Positions 9,305-18,200 of a stretch of 53,778 nt of DNA are shown here, piece after piece. Position numbers and translations under genes: made by a program. Each line of letters opens with the position of its first letter. The first letter of the stretch is position 1. A model generated the notes under the pieces. That model was not told the DNA's origin. It worked only from the letters and a program-made list of their open reading frames with translations, and searched no databases. The stretch comes from Acetobacterales bacterium (GTDB taxonomy: Bacteria > Pseudomonadota > Alphaproteobacteria > Acetobacterales > Acetobacteraceae), in assembly GCA_038247025.1 (NCBI GenBank), contig JBBRVI010000001.1, positions 1 through 53,778 on the forward strand. Direction: 5' to 3'.

Positions 9305-10174
9305 ATGAACTTAAATGCACCGCACCACCGCAATGCGGCTGTCCGGACGGTTTTGTGGCGCGAAACGCGGCTCCGTCGTTTTCTCGGCGCTGTCGCCTAT
9401 CCCCTGGTGCGGCTCATTAACCGCCCTTCGGCCGCGTGGCTTGGGCAGGCGATTTACGACTTCGCACTGCGGTGCAACGGCATCGCCATTAACTTCCGCG
9501 GGCGGCACGGATTGACCATACCTGAGGAGGCCTTTCTGCACCGTCACGTTGCGGCACTCCAAGGCAGCGTCCTGCTTGATGTGGGCGCGAATGTCGGGGC
9601 CTATTCCGCCCTGCTGCGACAATTGGCGCCCACAGCGCGCATCATAGCGTTCGAGCCGCACCCGCGCAGCTTTGCAACCTTGCAGCGCGCCCTCGGAGAG
9701 ACCTCGATCGAGCTGATGCAAATGGCTATTGCCACCACCAACGGCGTGCTTGACCTGCATGATTTCGCAGCCGCGGATGGTTCCACGCAGGCCAGTCTGA
9801 GCCGAGACGCTGTGGAGTTGTTCGCCGCCGAAACCGTGGCACATCGTGTGACCTGCCGCTCCCTTGATGATCTCCTGCCCGAATTGGGCATCAGCGAGGT
9901 GGCACTGTTGAAGATCGACACCGAGGGTTTTGATCTTGCGGTGCTGCAAGGTGCGGCACAGGCCATTCGTGAAAAGCGCTTGCGCATGATCCAATTCGAA
10001 TTCATCCCAGCCAACATTGCCACGCGCGTGACCATGCGCGACATCTTCGCTGCACTCCCAGGATACCGAATCTCCAGGCTCTGCCTGAATGGCGATCTGT
10101 TGCCCCTGGACCCCTACGATGTGAAGCGCTGCGAAATCTATGTGACGCAGAACCTCATCGCACAGCCGCTTTGA
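9305..10174 (+). CDS. FkbM family methyltransferase
   Basis: LLDVGANVG, AFEP, LLKIDTEGFD and IQFEF motifs. Confidence 0.9.
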   Translation: MNLNAPHHRNAAVRTVLWRETRLRRFLGAVAYPLVRLINRPSAAWLGQAIYDFALRCNGIAINFRGRHGLTIPEEAFLHRHVAALQGSVLLDVGANVGAYSALLRQLAPTARIIAFEPHPRSFATLQRALGETSIELMQMAIATTNGVLDLHDFAAADGSTQASLSRDAVELFAAETVAHRVTCRSLDDLLPELGISEVALLKIDTEGFDLAVLQGAAQAIREKRLRMIQFEFIPANIATRVTMRDIFAALPGYRISRLCLNGDLLPLDPYDVKRCEIYVTQNLIAQPL

Positions 10175-10251
10175 CCCATCGCCGTCCGATGAGGTCTCGC
10201 CGACCATCATTGGCGCCGCATCATGCGGACAACAGTGCATCGCCTCCACTG

Positions 10252-11298
10252 TCAACGCGCGCTTCTGCCTCCAGGACGAGCCGGCGCGTCGGGCAGATCA
10301 TGCGGGCCAATGCCGAAGCCGTCGCGATATTCCCGAACAAGCTGGCGGTCGGAGATAGGTGCACCTTCGCGCCGCCGCCCAAAAAACCAGCATCCACCTG
10401 AGGCATCAGCACCATGGCGCAAAACACTGTCCAGCAGGCGAAGCGGCGGCGTGGCCAGCAGCCCGATCATGCCCGCCAACCGCTGCCACCATGGCGCGCC
10501 CGAAATGGATTGCAGAACGCCGCGCAGCGTCCACGCTGCAACACTGCCAGTGCCCATCGCCATCCCGGCCGCCACTTCGTCGAAACCGCGAAACAGGCGC
10601 CGATGGCCGATCGGTGTGAATCGGGTGAAATCATAAGCGCCCATATGAACAGGCTGGAGGAAAGGCGTCACCGCCATCACATGCCCCCCCACGCCCAGCA
10701 CGCGCCACATCTCCGCGACGCAACGCTGTGGATCGGCCACATGTTCCAGAACCGCCACGGCAACTACGAGGTCAAAGGCGCCATCGGGAAAAGGCAAGTC
10801 ATGCGCATCGGCGATCGCGTCTACGCCGGGCGCGAAGGCGACATCGATCTGAACCACGCAATCTTCCTCACCACCCAGGCGCAACCCGCCCGAACCAATC
10901 ACCAGAACGCGCGATGTGGGTTGCACGCGGCGCACATAGGCCAAAGCCGCCGCCGCATCCGGATGCCGGATCGAGGAAGGTGCATCCCCCAACCATCTCG
11001 CCATCCGCCGGTAACCCCGACGCAGGCCCCCCGCACGATCCGCTTCACGCCCATAGGCAGCGCCCTCATAAGACGCCGCCCCGTCGGACGAGCCGGCCAG
11101 ATAATCCTCAATGGCGAAGGCGGATTGTCCATCATGGATCAGCACCGGAATCCCGCCGACCACGGGATAGACGGTGCCGCAGACCGGGCACCGCAACTGC
11201 CCTTCTTCGGCCATAAGCGGCGCATGATCACGCGGGCAATGCAGCGCGATCCCGCGCAGCGATGCCATGCTCCTGCGGTGATTGCCGCCGTCCATCAT
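10252..11298 (-). CDS. Class I SAM-dependent methyltransferase with N-terminal Trm112-like zinc ribbon
   Basis: CPRDH...CPVCGTVYPVVGGIPVL; VLVIGSGG; ADAHDLPFPDGAFDLV; LEHV; ATGA-coupled to the upstream GT. Confidence 0.85.
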   Translation of the reverse strand: MMDGGNHRRSMASLRGIALHCPRDHAPLMAEEGQLRCPVCGTVYPVVGGIPVLIHDGQSAFAIEDYLAGSSDGAASYEGAAYGREADRAGGLRRGYRRMARWLGDAPSSIRHPDAAAALAYVRRVQPTSRVLVIGSGGLRLGGEEDCVVQIDVAFAPGVDAIADAHDLPFPDGAFDLVVAVAVLEHVADPQRCVAEMWRVLGVGGHVMAVTPFLQPVHMGAYDFTRFTPIGHRRLFRGFDEVAAGMAMGTGSVAAWTLRGVLQSISGAPWWQRLAGMIGLLATPPLRLLDSVLRHGADASGGCWFFGRRREGAPISDRQLVREYRDGFGIGPHDLPDAPARPGGRSAR

Positions 11299-12527
11299 GG
11301 CCCTCCTCGGTGTTGCCCGACGTCTGGGAAATTTGGGTTTGGGAAATTTTGGTTTGGGAGATTGCTGTCGAGGACAATGCTGTCGGGGATATTGTCCACC
11401 CCGTCCAGCAGCGCCGCATAGGCGCGGAACATCGCTTCGTCGTCGAAGTCGAGCACTGCGCGCAACCGATTTGCCGCGCCCAACGTGTTCCGCAGCGGCG
11501 CATCCTCCAGAAGTTGGCGCAGCGCATTCGCGAGGACAATGTCGTCCAAGGGCGTTACAAAGGCGCGGTTGTCCTGCGCTACCATGGCCCTGACATCTCC
11601 GACATCAGTCGAGACCACGGCCAGCCCCGTTGCCATCGCTTCCAGCACGGAGAAGGGCATCTGCTCGGTGCTGGAGGACAGCGCAAAGAGATCGAAGGCG
11701 CGGTAGATCGCCGCCGGTTCCGAAGAGTGGCCAGTGAAGAGCGAACGGTCACGCAAACCCAACCTGTCCACGAGCGCTTCCAGCCGACCACGCTCCGGCC
11801 CGTCACCCACGACGACGAGCCTGAAGGCGATGTCCTGCCCGGCCAACAGCGCGCAAGCGCGCACCAGGCGATCAATCGTCTTCTCGGGCCGCAAAGCCGC
11901 GACTGTTCCGATGATCGGTCCGGTTCCTGGGACCTCCAGCGCGGCTACATCACCTTCCGGCCTAAAACGCCAAAGATCCAACCCGTTTGGGATGTAGCGC
12001 AATTGGTCGGGAGGGAGGTGCCATTCGTCGCGCGCTGCGCGTAACAGGCCCATGGAGGGCAGCACCACCGTGCTACCACGTAGCGCGAGTTGCCGCGTCA
12101 GCACCCGCCGGCGATGCTGGGATGCAGCTTCATCCACGCCGAATCCGTCTTCCATATGCAGGTGTCTGACCATCGGTGGGATGTGGTTGGCAACAACCCA
12201 ATCCATGCTACCCCAATTCCCCGTGACGAGCACATCAGGTCGATGCTTTCGCAGCATGGTGTGAATTTCCCACAGGTGCCGCAGCATCCCGCCCGTCTTG
12301 CTGGGCGGCGAGAGCAAGGTGAGCGGCACGTCGGGGTTGATGAGGCCAGCGCATGCGCAATTGCCGTCTAATGCCACCACGGCATGCCGCCACCGCGCCT
12401 TAAAGCGATTGGCCAGCGCTGCGAAACGCACTTGAGCGCCGCCAACCGCAAAGGTCGGAAAAATATGCATGACCAAAGGTGCCTGGCTGACATCTTCGCG
12501 TGGCGATGACAGCGCGGCCGCACTCAT
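11295..12527 (-). CDS. Glycosyltransferase family 4
   Basis: GGAQ N-terminal loop, IPNGLD, LRPEK, VGDGP, EQMPFSVLEAMATG. Confidence 0.9.
   Translation of the reverse strand: MSAAALSSPREDVSQAPLVMHIFPTFAVGGAQVRFAALANRFKARWRHAVVALDGNCACAGLINPDVPLTLLSPPSKTGGMLRHLWEIHTMLRKHRPDVLVTGNWGSMDWVVANHIPPMVRHLHMEDGFGVDEAASQHRRRVLTRQLALRGSTVVLPSMGLLRAARDEWHLPPDQLRYIPNGLDLWRFRPEGDVAALEVPGTGPIIGTVAALRPEKTIDRLVRACALLAGQDIAFRLVVVGDGPERGRLEALVDRLGLRDRSLFTGHSSEPAAIYRAFDLFALSSSTEQMPFSVLEAMATGLAVVSTDVGDVRAMVAQDNRAFVTPLDDIVLANALRQLLEDAPLRNTLGAANRLRAVLDFDDEAMFRAYAALLDGVDNIPDSIVLDSNLPNQNFPNPNFPDVGQHRGGP
11325..11397. repeat. 15-bp period tandem repeats in the GT4 3' tail
   Basis: TGGGAAATTTGGGTT/TGGGAAATTTTGGTT/TGGGAGATT then ATTGCTGTCGAGGAC/AATGCTGTCGGGGAT; encodes NIPDS-IVLDS-NLPNQ-NFPNP-NFPD. 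Confidence 0.7.
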
Positions 12528-13726
12528 CGGGGCGTGACCATGGCTGCATTGGACGGCGGCGTGGGGGAGGCCTGCCGGGGGTGCCGCATCGCCGCGATCT
12601 CCTCCTCGGCGATAGCGATCACGCGACGCGCATTGCCAGGCCAGGTCAGGTCGCGCCGCAGCACCGTTTCACGCGCGGCTGCGCCCAGCCGGGCGCGCAG
12701 CGGCGCATCCTGTGCGAGGCGTTCCACTGCCGCCCAGAAAGCGCCTGCAACCTTTGGATCAAACAGTAGCGCATTCTCCTCATTCTGGAGCAGCTCACGC
12801 AGGTTGGGCTGGTTGGGCGCCACGATGGCTCGGGAAGCGGCCATGTATTCGACGACCTTGAGCGGTGATGCGTAAGCCACCGCAGCCGGTTGCAAGGCAA
12901 TGTCGAAGCTAGCGAGAAAGTGGGGTACGACATCACGCTCGGCCAATCCGGCAAACCGAACCTGTTGCGCGATGCCCAGTTCTGCCGCCAAACGCTCAAG
13001 GGCGGGCCGCGCCGGCCCATCTCCCACGAGAACAAGCTTGAGTGGCACTGGCCCGCGCCAAGCAGCCATCCCGCGCAACACGCCATCCAGCCCGTGCCAG
13101 TCCCGCATGAAGCCGATGAAGCCCAAAACGAGTGCTTCCCGCGGTGCGGCTTCATTCGCGGGAGGCGGCGGAAACTGCTCCGGATGGATGCCGTTGGGCA
13201 CCACCGTCATCCGTTCCGCTGGCACGCCAGCATCGGCGATCCGCTGCGCCAGCACAGCCGTCACTGGCAGCACCCGGTTGGCGCCCCGCCAGGTGCTGCG
13301 TTCGGTCCACTTGGCGAGGCCGGGCAATCCCAAGCCGCCGAAGCGAGCGCGCTCCTCTGCCAATGGCGCGTTCACTTCCAAAAGCAGCGGCACCCGCTGC
13401 ATCCGCGCTACGAAGCAACCCGCGAAGTGGTAAAGATTCGCCCTTTCGTAGATCACATCCGGGCGAAAGGCGCGGGCCGCACGCGCGAGACGCCAGGTGG
13501 CGGGCACGGCATAGGCGAACTCCGCCAGTTCGAGCAGCCAGGCCGGCAACCACCGCCGCATTCCCGCAAGCCTGCGGCTCTCCCCGCCCAGCGTCGCTCG
13601 GTCAAAGCCGGCCGGGCCCACCACGCGCAACTCATGTCCAGCTTCGCGCAACGCCGCGACCATGGCCTCCAGATGCACGCCCTGACCGTCGCGGGAGCGA
13701 ATTCTGTGGCTGTAAAGGATCTTCAT
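12524..13726 (-). CDS. Glycosyltransferase family 4
   Basis: Real start is MKILYSH (ATGA overlap at 13723-13726); VPNG, WHGLD, SPLKVVEYMA. Confidence 0.9.
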   Translation of the reverse strand: MKILYSHRIRSRDGQGVHLEAMVAALREAGHELRVVGPAGFDRATLGGESRRLAGMRRWLPAWLLELAEFAYAVPATWRLARAARAFRPDVIYERANLYHFAGCFVARMQRVPLLLEVNAPLAEERARFGGLGLPGLAKWTERSTWRGANRVLPVTAVLAQRIADAGVPAERMTVVPNGIHPEQFPPPPANEAAPREALVLGFIGFMRDWHGLDGVLRGMAAWRGPVPLKLVLVGDGPARPALERLAAELGIAQQVRFAGLAERDVVPHFLASFDIALQPAAVAYASPLKVVEYMAASRAIVAPNQPNLRELLQNEENALLFDPKVAGAFWAAVERLAQDAPLRARLGAAARETVLRRDLTWPGNARRVIAIAEEEIAAMRHPRQASPTPPSNAAMVTPR

Positions 13727-14943
13727 CCCGGGTCTCCAAGTTTCACGGATTCCGCTGGCAAGCCTTCTGGCCCGTGGGTCCTCGCGCGCCGAAGCCAGCC
13801 GCCCAGGCGGTGCCGTGCCACACTGAGCAGCCCAGCGGGGTGCCACGGATGGGCCAGCACGACCCCGTTCCGCTGCCGGCGCGCGCGCACCCACAGCTTC
13901 TTGTAGCCATCGTCGCCACGGCCAAAATCCAGCGTGCTGACCGCATCGTGCTGCAGAAGGTGACGGATCATCATCGCCGTCAGGGCAGTTCCGGGCGAGG
14001 CGGCGCGGCGCCCCTCGGAATGGCACAGCTTCAGCAGCCAAGCCTTCCCACCGGAGACCAGCCAGTACTGCGCGGCAACGGGGCGGCCATCAACCGCGTC
14101 GCGTAGAATGCCTAGACGCACCAACCCATGCGGTGCCGCGGCACGCAGCAACGCAGCATCGAAATCGGGGAAGGGTTCGGCGGGTTTCCAACTTTCGGCG
14201 CGCACCGCCTCGTAGGCGCAGACCGCGGGGCAAAGCCCAGCCGGCCCGTCGATCAGTTCGAAGCGGAAATCGCGCCGTGCGCGCGCAAGTTTGCGTTGTA
14301 CGGTGGTACGCAGGGCGGGCGGGCGTGCATCAAGATAGCTCTCCCAATCCGAGCCTTGGCAGAGGTCCTCATGCCAGTTGCCGAAATGTGCGTATTGCTG
14401 GGCCACGATCCCGCGATCAGCCGCGGCTGCGAGCAAAGTGTCAAGATCAGCGGTCATTGCCTCGAAGCGCAAGGGTGGGCGATGCCGCAGCCATCCGCCA
14501 AGGGCGGTGCCCGCGGCGTTGGCCATGCCCGGCGCGAGGAGCGGACGCCATTCCAGCGTATAGGGGCTGGTCATGCTTTGAAGGCGGCCGCCTTGCCGCA
14601 GCAGCGGTAGCAAACCCGCGCCCTGCCCAAAGCGCGCGAGCAGCGGCTGGGCAGTTGGCGGCACCGCATGGGCGATTAGTGTGTCGTACCAAAGGCGAGT
14701 GGCGAAGACGTCCCCATCTCCAGGTTCTGCGAGCCATGCATCGCAATCATCCGGCAGGCGACCCTGCGTAATGGGCACCAAGGCCAAATCCACGGCACGG
14801 TCAGCCGCATGGCTCGGCGCGACTTTTGCAGCAGCGGCGAGCTGAGTCACGTCATGCGATGTCGGTGGTTGTGTCAGCGAAAGCTCCAATCCTGGTCCTG
14901 TGTTGCGCGCTGTCCGGGCGGCCTGATCGTGCAACTCACTCAC
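13723..14943 (-). CDS. GNAT family (CelD/BcsL-like) acyltransferase
   Basis: WESYL...LRTTVQRK, SPGTAL, LDFGRGDDGYKKLW; start approximate. Confidence 0.85.
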   Translation of the reverse strand: MSELHDQAARTARNTGPGLELSLTQPPTSHDVTQLAAAAKVAPSHAADRAVDLALVPITQGRLPDDCDAWLAEPGDGDVFATRLWYDTLIAHAVPPTAQPLLARFGQGAGLLPLLRQGGRLQSMTSPYTLEWRPLLAPGMANAAGTALGGWLRHRPPLRFEAMTADLDTLLAAAADRGIVAQQYAHFGNWHEDLCQGSDWESYLDARPPALRTTVQRKLARARRDFRFELIDGPAGLCPAVCAYEAVRAESWKPAEPFPDFDAALLRAAAPHGLVRLGILRDAVDGRPVAAQYWLVSGGKAWLLKLCHSEGRRAASPGTALTAMMIRHLLQHDAVSTLDFGRGDDGYKKLWVRARRQRNGVVLAHPWHPAGLLSVARHRLGGWLRRARTHGPEGLPAESVKLGDPG

Positions 14944-14991
14944 CCATACGGCATCGTGCCGACCCGATCGAAAACACTAAAAAATGAGACA

Positions 14992-15007
14992 GGCAAGCCG
15001 GATGCCA
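14992..15007 (-). promoter_or_regulatory. Sigma-54 promoter for the GNAT-GT4-GT4-methyltransferase sub-operon
   Basis: Minus strand TGGCATCCGGCTTGCC with AT tract CATATTTCTT immediately upstream, in the 92-bp intergenic gap. Confidence 0.68.
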
Positions 15008-15035
15008 AAGAAATATGTCTTTCCTTTCCTGCGGC

Positions 15036-15848
15036 TTATTCACTGGAATCCCCAGCCTGCGCGGAAATTGCAAAGGGAGCCGACAGTGCGTGCGCGCTGC
15101 CATCCCGCAGCGCGTAGAACAGCCGACCCGCCCATTCATGCGCAACAAACCAGGTATCGACCAGGTGATCGGCGCGCGGCACGAAACTGAGCGGGTCCAG
15201 CGATGGAATAGCCCCTCGCCGCACTGGCGCAGCGGCCACGGTAAAACCCAACCGGGAGAAGGCATCGCGCGCACGCGGCATATGCCACGCCTGCGTGACC
15301 AGCAGGGCGCCGGCAACGCCATCGGCGCGTAGCATTGCCGTGGCGCGGACGGCATTCTCGCGGGTGTCACGCGCCTGCGCTTCGACCCAGCGCACGGGCA
15401 GACCGAAATCTTCCCGCAGGCTGCGCGCCATGAGATCAGCGAGGGGAACTTGGCCCCTCCCGAGCGGCCCTCCCGTGACCAAGATGGGCAACCCCGTCGC
15501 CCGATGCAGAGCCGCGCCGTCACGCAGGCGCTCCAGGGTGAGGAGGCCGACGCCCAGGCTCGCTGTCTCCGACGCACGCCCATGCGAAACATCGCCACCC
15601 AGGATGATGATCGCGCCCAGCCCCGGCGGCATGGGCCCGCCATCGTGCGCATCATTCTCCAGCGATGCGAGCAAAAGACCGGCCACCAGCGGTGTCGCCA
15701 AGGCAAGGGACACAAAGCCCGCGAAAGCTGCAGCCAAGCCCGCCCATCGCCGTCCCGTCCACGCGAGTAACCCGAACACCAGGATCAGCCACAGCAGCGA
15801 CAGCGGCGGCAGCAGCACAGCCTCGACAAACAGCCGGGCGACGCTCAT
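15036..15848 (-). CDS. YdcF/ElyC/SanA (DUF218) family membrane protein
   Basis: Two N-terminal TM segments; IIILGG, LERL, ILVTGG, DTRENA, LVTQAWHMPRA, HEWAG; ATGA-coupled. Confidence 0.9.
   Translation of the reverse strand: MSVARLFVEAVLLPPLSLLWLILVFGLLAWTGRRWAGLAAAFAGFVSLALATPLVAGLLLASLENDAHDGGPMPPGLGAIIILGGDVSHGRASETASLGVGLLTLERLRDGAALHRATGLPILVTGGPLGRGQVPLADLMARSLREDFGLPVRWVEAQARDTRENAVRATAMLRADGVAGALLVTQAWHMPRARDAFSRLGFTVAAAPVRRGAIPSLDPLSFVPRADHLVDTWFVAHEWAGRLFYALRDGSAHALSAPFAISAQAGDSSE
15069..15085 (-). promoter_or_regulatory. Putative PrsR enhancer box inside the ydcF-like 3' end
   Basis: Minus strand TGTCGGCTCCCTTTGCA, 61 nt upstream of the sigma-54 site. Confidence 0.55.
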
Positions 15849-18127
15849 TTCGCACCGACGGACTGGGCCATGTCGCATCGTACGGGGTCGGGCACGCCGC
15901 GCACGTCTCGCCAGCTGCCAAAGCGCCCGCCCAGTTCTTCGCGAAAGAACGTATAGAACTCATCCAGCCAAGCGAGGAAGCGCGTAAGCTGTTCGGCATC
16001 GCGCACATAGGGCGTGTTGCCTGGCGCCAGAGATGGCGAGTGATAGGTCAGCACGAAGATGCGATGTCCCTCTGCCCGCATGTGCCGGGCAAGGCGCTTG
16101 GCCTCCTCGATCGTCATCCCCTCAGGGCTGATGCGAATCCGCTCCAACAGCCCCAGATGCGCCAGCGCCCCCCCAAGCCTCAAGCGCTGGATGCGCGGCT
16201 CGAAGACGTAGGGTGCGATGCCTGCCAGCCTGCCCTTTGCCAAGCGCCCCACCAACGCGGCGGAGACAGGGATTTCCAGCAGGGTGCGTTCTCGGTCCAC
16301 CCAATAGGGGCGAGCCGAGAGGGTCAGGGCATCGCCAATCCCCTCGGCAGGCCAGCACGGCGTCACGCTGGTATCAGCGAGGTAGCCGAGGGATTTCAGG
16401 ATGTCAGCGGTCCGAGGCCCAGCGCCAAAGCGGCCGGTGCGGTAGATTTGCGGCACGATGCCGAACCCATCGGCAAGTGCTTCGGTCAGTCGCCGCGCCT
16501 TGGCGAGTTCCAGCGCGACGGGTAGGTTGCCGGCATAGCTGTTGCGTTCGCCCAAAGTCTCGGTAAAGGGCGGCGTCACCCATGGGTGCATCTGTGCGCC
16601 GATCTCACACAGGCCGTCCTGCAACAAATCGCGCAATGGCTTGCGCCCGGCGTCATGGTGCACGACAGGGTAGTCCACCAGGTAAAGCGGCACGACGCCA
16701 TGGCGTTGAAACACGCGATGCGCCCGGTACTGGGCCGCCATCGAAGTTACATCCTGCGCGTCACGGGTGAAGGGGCGGGACCAGTCGAAGGCCTCCTCCG
16801 CATCCACCATGGTGATCAGCAGCGGACGCATGCCAGGGGGCGGGCTGAAGGGCGTGTGGAAGCGGCGATCCAGCACGGATGCCGTACAGCCTAGGCCCGT
16901 CTCATGATTGGTCTCATCACTGGTCTCCTGATCGTCTGGAGCAGCGGTCCGGGGCAGCAGCACGGGTGCGGCGATGCCTGGCCGATACAATGCCAGATAG
17001 CTCGCCGCAACACCCCGCATGCCAAACCGTTCGCTGGCGATGCGGTGGCCGATGCTCCCCATCCGCGCGCAAAGCGCGGGGTCGTCCAGCAATTGGCGGA
17101 CCGCGCTAAGATATCCCTCCGGCGTGTCAAAGAGGTAGCCATTCTGTCCGTCTTCAACGATGCCTTCATTCACGCCGGCCAGACGGCGAACGACGACGGG
17201 CAGTCCATGCGCCATCGCTTCGGGCACTACGGTGCCAAAGCCCTCCAGATGCGAGGCGAAAACCAGGATGTCCGCCGCGGCGAAGCAGGGGTGGGGGTCC
17301 GCGCGCTCGCCCAGGATGAACACTCTTTCCTGAAGGTTCTGCTCAACGATTTCCGCCTGGATCAGCGCCACGTAGTCAGCCTCCAGCGGCGGCCCCACCA
17401 GCAGAAGACGGGTGCGTGGATGCTGCGCCAGAAGAGCGGGCAGCATCCGCACGAGAAACAGTGGATCCTTGCGCCGGCAAAGCCCACCCACGAACAGCAG
17501 AACAGGGTCCTCTGCGCTGATGCCCAAATGATCGCGGATGCGCGCCCGAGCACCTTCCATGCTGCCAGGGATGGTCACCCCGCACGGAATCAGGTGGCAG
17601 CGTGCCGGATCGGCCACGCTGCGGGTCTCGTCATACAGCTTCGGGCTGATGCTGATGAAGGCATGGAACAGAGCGAAGCCGCGCGCGGCGAGACCACGCA
17701 GGCTCGGACGATACTGGCTGATGAGAACAGGCAGGCTGTCATCCAACGTAGCCGACAGTACCAGCCGCCGCCGCGCGAGCCGCACCAGCAGATAGCCGAT
17801 GAAATACCAATCCGCATGGGTACGGAAATGCACGGCATCGTAACGGTGCAGTTGCGTCATCAGCCACCACGCCATCGACAAATGCTGGCGCCAGACGCCA
17901 AGTGGCCTCGGCGAAAGGTAGATGACGCGGCGCAACGTGGAACAGGCGGCCGCATCCTGCGGATCCTCGGGCTGAGGTGTGTGCGTCACAAGCAATTCAT
18001 GCACGACCTCGGGTGCGAGCTCGTGCATCACCGCGCTGGAGCGTTCGAGGAACACGCCCTCACCCGTGAAGGCCGGGCGGTAATACTTCAGCACATGCAG
18101 GACACGCCTGGGCTTCTCATCAGGCAT
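15845..18127 (-). CDS. Fused GT4 glycosyltransferase + WalW-like (CE4/NodB fold) polysaccharide deacetylase
   Basis: ATG at 18127 after GGAG; GT4 motifs RRKD and EGFGTVVPEAMAHG; C-terminal VDAEEAFDW, EIGAQMHPW, YRTGRFG, TYHSPSLAPGNTPYVR. Confidence 0.88.
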   Translation of the reverse strand: MPDEKPRRVLHVLKYYRPAFTGEGVFLERSSAVMHELAPEVVHELLVTHTPQPEDPQDAAACSTLRRVIYLSPRPLGVWRQHLSMAWWLMTQLHRYDAVHFRTHADWYFIGYLLVRLARRRLVLSATLDDSLPVLISQYRPSLRGLAARGFALFHAFISISPKLYDETRSVADPARCHLIPCGVTIPGSMEGARARIRDHLGISAEDPVLLFVGGLCRRKDPLFLVRMLPALLAQHPRTRLLLVGPPLEADYVALIQAEIVEQNLQERVFILGERADPHPCFAAADILVFASHLEGFGTVVPEAMAHGLPVVVRRLAGVNEGIVEDGQNGYLFDTPEGYLSAVRQLLDDPALCARMGSIGHRIASERFGMRGVAASYLALYRPGIAAPVLLPRTAAPDDQETSDETNHETGLGCTASVLDRRFHTPFSPPPGMRPLLITMVDAEEAFDWSRPFTRDAQDVTSMAAQYRAHRVFQRHGVVPLYLVDYPVVHHDAGRKPLRDLLQDGLCEIGAQMHPWVTPPFTETLGERNSYAGNLPVALELAKARRLTEALADGFGIVPQIYRTGRFGAGPRTADILKSLGYLADTSVTPCWPAEGIGDALTLSARPYWVDRERTLLEIPVSAALVGRLAKGRLAGIAPYVFEPRIQRLRLGGALAHLGLLERIRISPEGMTIEEAKRLARHMRAEGHRIFVLTYHSPSLAPGNTPYVRDAEQLTRFLAWLDEFYTFFREELGGRFGSWRDVRGVPDPVRCDMAQSVGAK
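16899..16934. repeat. Three 12-bp tandem repeats in the inter-domain linker
   Basis: GTCTCATGATTG/GTCTCATCACTG/GTCTCCTGATCG encoding DQET-SDET-NHET. Confidence 0.65.
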
Positions 18128-18200
18128 GGCGCAACTCTCCAGTGACTCTGGCGGCGGGTTTCCCTTGCCCTGCCCAGACGGTTGATGGACAATTGAAACT

